Assembly: GCA_044892525.1 (NCBI GenBank)
Contig: CM097885.1
Span: 34,288,001 to 34,352,000 of the forward strand
Length of the DNA: 64,000 nucleotides
Reading direction: 5' to 3'
From: Schmidtea polychroa
Lineage: Eukaryota
The notes beneath the pieces are model-generated. The model was given only the letters and a program-made list of their open reading frames with translations. It searched no databases and was not told the origin of the DNA. Position 1 is the stretch's first letter; each line of letters opens with the position of its first letter. The translations under genes and the position numbers were made by a program. This document shows positions 56,135-64,000 of the stretch, one piece after another.

Positions 56135-56790
56135 TGAGGGGGTCTCGATGGTCCTGGGATTTTCAATACAAAAAAATTTTTTTTCAATACAAAAACGATG
56201 GTCCTGAGATTTTCAATACAAAAAGGTGGTCTTCAATAAAAAAGCCAAGGATTATTCACATTATAGTGAGGGGGTCTTGATGGTCCAGGGATTTTCAATA
56301 CAAAAAATTTTTTCAATAGAAAAAGGCGGTCTTCAATAAAAAAGCATGGAATTTTCAGAATATAGTGAGGGGGTCTCGATGGTCCTGAGATTTTCAATAC
56401 AAAAAGGTGGTCTTCAATAAAAAAGCCAAGGATTATTCACATTATAGTGAGGGGTCTTGATGGTCCAGGGATTTTCAATACAAAAAATTTTTTCAATACA
56501 AAAAGGTGGTCTACACTAAAAAAGAGTGGCAATTTAAGGTCTCAGGATATTTTCAATACAAAAAGGTGGTCTACACTAAAAGACAGTGGTAATTTAAGGT
56601 CTCATGATAATTTCAATACAAAAATCTGATTATCACTAAAAAAGCATGGATTATTCACACTATAGTGAGGGGGTCTCCTTGGTCCTGTGATTTTCAATAG
56701 AAAAAGGTGGTCTTCAATAAAAAAGCATGGTAATTTAAGGTCTCAGGATATTTTCAATAGAAAAAAGTGGTTTACACTAAAAAACATGGT
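56135..56790 (+). repeat. Complex minisatellite built from gagggggtctcgatggtcc / ttttcaatacaaaaaggtggtc modules
   Basis: gagggggtct occurs at about 56136, 56268, 56367, 56449 and 56667, with many ttttcaata(c/g)aaaaa modules between. Confidence 0.85.
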
Positions 56791-56799
56791 AAATTTTTT

Positions 56800-57480
56800 A
56801 AAATAAAGCAAATTATGGGTCTAAAAATTGAATTACAGTAAATTATGGGCTAAGATTTTTGAATTAAAGTAAATGATGGTCTAAATAAGTAAATTATGGT
56901 CCAAAATTTAACTTAGAGTAAATTATGGGCTCAGATTTTTGAATTAAAGTTATCAATGGGCTCAAATAAGTAAATTAAGGTTAAAATTTTTAAATAAAAG
57001 TAAATTATGGGTATAAAAATTCAATTACAGTAAATAATGGTCCAAATTTTTCTATTAAAGTAAATAATGGTTCAAATTTTTAAATTAAAGTAATGAATGG
57101 GCTCAAATAACTAAATTAAGGTTCTAAAAAATTAAATTAAAGTTAATTAAGGTCCACATTTTAAAATTAAGTAATCAATGGTCAAAAATTTTAAATTAAA
57201 GTTAAATAAGTAAATTAAAGTAATAATTTTTAAATAGGTAATGTAATAAGTAAATTAAAGTAAGATTTTAAAATTTATTAACAAAAAGTTGAAATAATAG
57301 AAGGTGTTTGAGAATTGAAATTTTTTAATGAAAATTTTTATGAAATAATTTTTTAAGTTAATTTTTAATGGAAATTTTTATGAAATATTTTTCAATGATA
57401 ATTTTAGATGGAAATTTTTAAGATAATTTTTAATGAAAATTTTAATGAAATATTTTTCAAAGACAAATTTTAATAATAAT
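56800..57480 (+). repeat. AT-rich degenerate tandem repeats (aaagtaaattatgg ~30-bp type, then aatgaaaatttt type)
   Basis: Repeated gtaaattatgg / gtaaattaagg motifs followed by repeated tgaaaatttt motifs. Confidence 0.8.
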
Positions 57481-58600
57481 TCAACAACAAACCAACAACT
57501 TAGTACCAACAACCAGTAACTTACGAACATGTATTAACAACCAGATACCTACAACTAGTTACTAACAACCAGTTACCTGATACCAAGTACTTACAACTAG
57601 TTACTAACAACATGTTACCTGTTACCAAGTACTTACAACCAGTTACCTGCTACCAAATACTTACAACTAGTTACTAACAACCAATTACCTGCTACCAAGT
57701 ACTTACAACGAGATACCACGTACTAAATAACTCTCAAACAACCAAGTACCTACAACAAATTACCAGATACCAAGTACCTACAACTAATTACTAACAACTA
57801 GTTACCTGATACTAAGTACCTACAACCATCTAACAAGTACTAACAACCAAAAACAAGCAACCAACTAGGTACCAAGTACTAACAACCGACAAAAACCAGC
57901 TAACAACTAACTACCACCTACCAACTACTTACAACCAACATCAACCAGGTACTAAGCATTAATTACCAACTACTAAGTACCTACAACCAACTACTAAGTA
58001 CTAACAACCTACAACAACCAGCTACTAAGCATTATCAACCAAGTACCTACAACTATATACTAACAACCAAAAACAACCAACCAAATAGGTACCAGATACC
58101 AAGTACCTACAATCAACAACAACCAGTAACTTACGAACATATATTTACAACCAGATACCTACAACTAGTTACTAACAACTAGTTACCTGATACCAACTAC
58201 TCACAACCACCATCAACCAGCTACTAAGCATTATCAACCAACTACTAAGTACCTACAACCACCATCAACCAGCTACTATGCATTATCAACCAACTAACTA
58301 CCACCTACCAAGTACTTACAACCCACAACAACCAGATACCTACAACTAGATACTAACAACTAGTTACCTGATACCAACTACTCACAACCACCTACCAAGT
58401 ACATACAAATAGTTACTAACAACCAGTTACTTGCTACTAAGTACCTTCAACCAACTAGCTACCACCTACTAAGTACCAACAATCAACTAACAACCAGGTA
58501 CTAAGCATTATCAACCAACTACTAACAACCAAGTACAAGATACCTAGTATTAAGCACTGTCAACTAGATACCAAGTACTTACAACCAGATGACCACATGA
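57480..58600 (+). repeat. A/C-rich degenerate minisatellite (taccaagtac / tacaac / actaacaac modules)
   Basis: Dozens of shuffled short modules with strong strand skew. Related blocks occur at ~59380-59500 and ~59900-60230. Confidence 0.8.
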
Positions 58601-58876
58601 AATTATTGGTTAAATATGAAAATAAGGTGTAAAATTAAGAAATAAAGAATAATTAGGTAATTAAAGTTAAAAATTTTAAATAAGTAAATTAAGGTTCAAA
58701 ATTTAAAATTAAGTAACCAATGGTTCAAATTTTAAATTAAAGCTAAATAAGTAAATTAAAGTAAGATTTTTAAATTTATTATCAAAAAGATTGAAGAACC
58801 ACCAACTTTTTTTGAGAAATGTAATTTTTAATGAAAATTTAAATGGAAATTGTTTTTTTTTAAGTTAATTTTAAAT

Positions 58877-59234
58877 TAGGGTTATTAATATCGGTTTTTC
58901 GAGCAATCCGATTATCGTTTGTATAAATCCGATTTTAAACCGATTATCGTTTGCACTTTGCATAACCAAAGCTACTTACATTATTACTATTCACGCACGT
59001 GTATAGTATAATTAGTTTTATTCAAAGTTTATACCACACACAAGGAGAATATGAACTGACTGTTTATGTAAAAAGTTAAAGCATATAAGTAAATTTGTTT
59101 TCAATTTCTTCGATAATTTTCCCTGTATATAGTATATACCGAAACAAAACCGATTATCGTTTTGTGAAATAAAGAAACCGATAATCGTTTTCAAAATCGA
59201 AAATCGGATTTCCGATTTTCGTTTAACAACCCTA
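58877..59234. mobile_element. 358-bp non-autonomous hAT-like DNA transposon (MITE)
   Basis: TIRs TAGGGTTATTAA ... TTAACAACCCTA (11 of 12 match), a perfect 8-bp TSD TTTTAAAT at 58869-58876 and 59235-59242, and subterminal ccgat(t/a)atcgttt repeats near both ends. Confidence 0.88.
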
Positions 59235-59282
59235 TTTTAAATGTAAAATTTTTTAAGTTAATTTTTAATGAAAATTTTAATG

Positions 59283-59283
<1 letters not shown>

Positions 59284-59363
<80 letters not shown>

Positions 59364-59376
59364 TAATAATAATAAT
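59284..59376 (+). repeat. (AAT)n microsatellite, about 31 units with one interruption
   Basis: Read directly from the sequence. Confidence 0.97.
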
Positions 59377-60774
59377 TCAACAGTTACCAACAATCGGTTA
59401 CTAAATATTTTTAACTAGATGCTAACAAATACTTTCAACACGATACCACGTACTAACTAACTATCAAACAACCAGATACTTACAACTAACTACTAAATAT
59501 TCTTCACTGTATTTTATGAAATGCTTTTTAAATTAATTTTTTATCTGTCTTCAAAAATATGTTTAATTACAATCAATAGAAAACCTTTTCAAAATGTCTA
59601 AATTTAACAAAAATGTTGATTTTCATCAAAAAATAATTGACAACTCATCACCACGTGAAATTCAAAATAATTTAAATTACAATGAAAGACTAATGAATTC
59701 TAATTTACAAAACATTCTTCTTTTAATTGATTACTACTGACTTATTATTGCAAAGTAAAAATCGCATTCAATAAATACTTATTGTTGATCAGTTTTATTA
59801 TATATACTCTGAGTTTATCCGACAGGATGTTTTGACCCCCTAAGGGTACTGGTGGTAAGGGTATTAGTCGTAAAGGTACTAGTCGTAAGGGTATTGGTAA
59901 CACTCAAACACCACCTACCCATTAACTAGCTACTAAGTACTAACAACCAGCTAACAACTAGATACCATGTACTAACAACCACCATCAACCAGATACTAAA
60001 CATTATTAACCTACAACTATATAACAACAAATCAGTAAACAACACTGTACCAACTACCAAATACAAGATACCAACAACTAGATACCAAGTACCAACAATA
60101 AACTAATCACACATAAAAATAATAGCAAATAAATACAAAATATTCTTCATCACATACACTATCTTCTTATCAAAATCTAAAAAGTCAACCAACTACTTAC
60201 AACCAACAACTATGTACTAACAAATTGATCTTTAAAAGAAAATACTCATCACTTGAAAAATTGGATGAAAAATTAATTGAATTCAAGGCATCAATAACTT
60301 GGTAAAAATTGATTAAATAATTGTAAAAATTTAAATTATTCAAAATAAATATCATAAAAATTTAATTAATGGACAAGAAAGAACATTAAATTTGAATCCT
60401 TAGTCATCCAGTAAATAAAAAAATACTGATCATTCAAGTTGAATCAACTAAGTTAATAAATTAATAAGAATTTTGAAATAAGATCTAATAAATAACTGAT
60501 TTAGATTGAATAAATTAATTTAAATAAAATTAGTTTTAATTATTTTTTTTTAAAAGTAATACATGTACTCAAATTGATTAACAGATTGCTCAAAATATTC
60601 AAAAAATCAGTATAAATTCATTACAATTATCAAAGTCAGCAATCTACAATAAAAATAATTATCATTAAATTCCAAAAGAGACAAGATAACTAATGATAAC
60701 ATCTAACAAACCAGTAAATTCATTTAAATGACAATAATTGGTATATTCAAGCGAATTCTCGAATAAAATCATCT

Positions 60775-61085
60775 AAAAGCATCAGATTTTCCTGAAATAA
60801 CTCTATCTTTAAAGATTAATATTTTATCGATAAATATCCTTAAAAGGTTATATATTTACCTCAGACTAATAAGATTGCTAAAATCCCCTTTAAATGACTA
60901 TATTTCAACCCTTAATTCATATTATTACAAATATCATCAAAAAGCATCAAATTTCCTTGAAATAACTATCCTTAAAGATTGATATTTTAATGATAAGTAC
61001 CCGTAAAAGATCATATATTCCCCTCAGACTAATAAGATTGCTTAAAATCCCTTTAAATGACTATAATTCTTACTTTAATTCCTAT
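60775..61085 (+). repeat. Two diverged tandem copies of a ~165-bp unit
   Basis: aaaagcatca...cctcagactaataagattgct...ctttaaatgactata occurs starting at 60775 and at 60940. Confidence 0.85.
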
Positions 61086-61602
61086 TATCATACATATTTC
61101 ACTATTGATAAAACCAGTTATAATTAAATTTTTTTTAATCACTGTACTCGATATTTTAAATAAATATTACTACAATATAACTGACTAGGTCCCATTGAAA
61201 GAATAAATTTATCCATTCAATAAAATAAATTTCTTCAAATGATCATTTTTACCAATATTCAACCGATTTAATTACTAATTAAAATCATTCGATAAAATTT
61301 CTTTAAATAAAGATCAATTTTCTTTAGTCGATGTTTTAAGTCCATATTTCTCAACTTTTGTCATTCTCCGCTTAAATAAAGATAAAAATAATTTAAATTT
61401 GATATCAATTCCAATTATCTGTAAAGATTTCATTGTCAAAACCAAGTAAATCGATCATCATCTCTACTTAATAAAAAATTGTTCTAAATTAATTTACTGT
61501 GCATTAATCACAACCTAATAAAACGATATAATTATTATTGATTCATAATTGACTAATGTATTGACATTTCCCTTAAAACATTGATATTTTACCAACATCT
61601 CG

Positions 61603-61706
61603 CTTACAATGATATATTCCCATCTTAACCCATCCTTCATTAAATTAAATCGACTATATCCCACTTACAATGATATATTCCCATCTTAACCCATCCTTCA
61701 TTAAAT
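61603..61706 (+). repeat. 43-bp direct repeat with 61-bp period
   Basis: cttacaatgatatattcccatcttaacccatccttcattaaat at 61603 and 61664. Confidence 0.9.
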
Positions 61707-61708
61707 CT

Positions 61709-61831
61709 AAAAAATTTTTTTTGTATTGAAAATCCCAGGACCATCGTTTTTGTATTGAAAAAAAATTTTTTTGTATTGAAAAAAATTTTTTTGTATTGAA
61801 AATCCCATGACCATCGAGACCCCCTCACTAT
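61709..61831 (-). repeat. Inverted copy of the 56135 minisatellite end
   Basis: Reverse complement reads tagtgagggggtctcgatggtcatgggattttcaatacaaaaaa..., matching the sequence from 56135. Confidence 0.9.
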
Positions 61832-61932
61832 TTGAGTATATTTTTGAGTATTTTTTGTTATTAATCAAATTTTTGCTTTTAAAATATTTTGTATTTTGAT
61901 ACATTTTATTTTTCAAAAGGCCTTTGTTTTCT

Positions 61933-62481
61933 TTAGCCAAAAAAATTTGAATCGTTTTTTTCAACTTTAATTATATTTAATTCTGATTTGTTTAAGTTAT
62001 TTAATTTAATATTAGATAACATTTGGTCTTCAAATTTAGGTAAATAAAATTCTACTTTTCGAATTTTATTATTTACAGTTATTTTTAATTCAGGTTCCAG
62101 ATATCCACATGCCTGAGCCTGATGGTCAAGAGAAGGGCCACTCCGGATTATCGAATCAGAACTTGATTTTTTTACAAATAAATTTTTATTTAAATTTTTT
62201 ACTTTATTTTTAGTTGAGTAATTAGTATAATTAGGATCATTAGAATCATTAGAGATATTCGTTCTAGATCCAGCATTTAAGGGGTTATTTATAATTTTAG
62301 GTTTAATTATATTTAAAGCATTTGAATTATTTCTTAATTTAATAATATAAGAAATTTTTCTATTTAATTTATGTTTTTGATTTTGAAAATCATTTACTTT
62401 ATTTTGATAAGAATTATATCTATCAGAATGAAATCCATTACTAAAATTGTTTTTAAATTCATTATCTTTTACAAAATTCAT
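61933..62481 (-). CDS. Asn/Lys-rich open frame (182 aa), possibly a fragment of another element; function unsupported
   Basis: Open frame in very AT-rich DNA. Its ATG overlaps the breakpoint of the degenerate retrotransposon copy, and it has no diagnostic motif. Confidence 0.2.
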   Translation of the reverse strand: MNFVKDNEFKNNFSNGFHSDRYNSYQNKVNDFQNQKHKLNRKISYIIKLRNNSNALNIIKPKIINNPLNAGSRTNISNDSNDPNYTNYSTKNKVKNLNKNLFVKKSSSDSIIRSGPSLDHQAQACGYLEPELKITVNNKIRKVEFYLPKFEDQMLSNIKLNNLNKSELNIIKVEKNDSNFFG

Positions 62482-63335
62482 TCAGAGCCATTGTGATTTT
62501 AAGAGCAATTGTTTTATTCGTAAAACTATGCCGATTTAGAAGGATTGGATCGATGAAGTAAGAAATAAGGGAAGATTTACAATAAACGAAGATCCAATGA
62601 GATTTGTTGATGTTAAGGGGGCGTAATATTACTTGTGCTTTCAAAACTCTTTCCGGAATTGGGAAAGTGTCATTCTCGAGGTTGGAGCACAAAATCTCAA
62701 CAATAAAACATTTAATAGACGCAAATTCTGGGTTGATGATGTGATTGTCGAGAAAGTTATCGATCTCATCATCAGTGAACCAGATCTTTGGGTCGTATTT
62801 TACTATAAAATTTTTATCATGTTTAATAATATTTATTGTGCTGTCTGCATCAGTCTCCTTCGAGATTGGGGCAGATGTTGAGACTGATGCAGGCACGAAC
62901 TTTCATTTAATCTTGGGAACTACTTTCCTCGTTTTCCTACTTGGTCTAGTTAGTAGGTCCTTCTGTTGATCACAAGTGGAAATTGTGGGTGTAGATGGGA
63001 TTATATCCAAATCAACAGGCAGCTGTCGTTTCAGAGTTGTCTGTTCCTTTAGTTCAGATTTCAAAGAGTCTCTATGGAGTTAGATGTCTCTTTCGCAACC
63101 GGTTCCACGGATTCTTTGATGGTTTCTGAGGTGTTTGAATCAGATGTGTCCGTTTTTTGTTCACCGTTATTTCCAATCACATATGGCAGCAGAACATCAA
63201 GCATGCCTGTAATAATGCAAGATATACGGTAGGAGAATTTACTGGTGAATAGAAATTTCTTTTTGTCTCTAAGAATGAAAAAAAGAAATCTTTTAGCCTT
63301 ATTCATCTCTTTGTCATTTGTGACTAGTTCCATTT
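62475..63335 (-). pseudogene. Degenerate internal fragment of the same retrotransposon family (ORF1 C-terminus plus ORF2 N-terminus)
   Basis: Aligns by eye to ~54169-55075. It has internal deletions (HWILF to HWIF; PKHCRKICTPNM lost), a frame disruption near 63060, and is truncated before the protease catalytic Cys. Confidence 0.92.
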
Positions 63336-64000
63336 TAATAATTATGGTGGGTTACAGGTAATCCAAAGTTTCTACCTACTCGTGCTGTTTCCAGCGTAAC
63401 CCAGAATACACTTGACAGCAGACCACTTGATACCCGTTGAGCAATCAACGTTGGTACTGTATCAAGGGTTTGAGTACTAGCAAATATTGAGCATGCTTAG
63501 CATACTATAATTGTTCAGCACCCACTGGGGTTCACGGACTGCCGAAAGAAGGCTTATGTCCGATTTCTTATTCAGGTCCCCATCTATTCCGACCGATTGA
63601 GTGTCGTTCCATTTATATTTATTCCATTTAAAATACAAAACCACGTTTTCTTTATTCAACGATTTCCCGTTTGTCGTTACTCACACTCCATTTCAGACAT
63701 GTCCCTGTACGCGTGTACACACATAGGTATTCGCCTCTCCATCCATCTCTTCATACACCTGTATACGCCCATCTATTCACGTCCTTGAGCTTGCCGGATT
63801 ATCTGGGTGTATTCGATTCGGTTTTAATCACGTTCAAACATCCAACATACTCTATTTAAATTTACTGCATTCTCGATCCTCGTTTTTATCAATTAGTTTT
63901 TAAATGCCTAATTTAGCTTTTAATTAATTTAATTTTTAACGAAATATCGATCCTGATGAGGCATTATCTCCTAGAAATTTAGAGAAAACATTCAATTTCA

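Noticed and set aside
56447..56629. 60-aa ORF (also 61640-61828 and 61707-61964)
   Set aside because: Translations of minisatellite or low-complexity DNA.
56128..61834. Apparent TSD ACTATTTT / ACTATTTG around the inverted repeats
   Set aside because: Explained by the palindromic cactatagtg that belongs to the repeat module itself.
63336..63860. Higher-GC segment with short ORFs, considered as an LTR or element leader
   Set aside because: No partner repeat, convincing primer-binding site or protein motif within the window.
63953..64000. CTGATGA...GAAA as a hammerhead ribozyme
   Set aside because: The stems do not close convincingly, and the window ends.

Overview
Very AT-rich eukaryotic DNA in three parts. 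(1) 1-49483: a nearly homogeneous tandem array of a 255-bp unit. Each unit carries one intronless tRNA-Phe(GAA) gene on the minus strand, giving roughly 190 copies in this window, with a 500-N assembly gap at 16529-17028. (2) 49484-~56050: an apparently intact RLE-type non-LTR retrotransposon on the minus strand. It encodes ORF1 of unknown function and a 1534-codon ORF2 with a Ulp1/C48-like cysteine protease, two degenerate protease-like repeats, RT, a CCHC knuckle and a restriction-like endonuclease, which is NeSL/R5-like architecture. Its 3' end is joined precisely inside the last tRNA-Phe gene, between tRNA nucleotides 4 and 5 and in the same orientation, making it a candidate tRNA-Phe-targeting site-specific element. 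ORF1 and ORF2 are in the same frame, separated by one TGA that is conserved in a second diverged copy. (3) ~56050-64000: repeat-rich DNA with minisatellite-like blocks, a 358-bp hAT-like MITE with an 8-bp TSD, an (AAT)n tract, short duplications and a degenerate fragment of the same retrotransposon family. All alignments and counts were made by eye; no searches were run.
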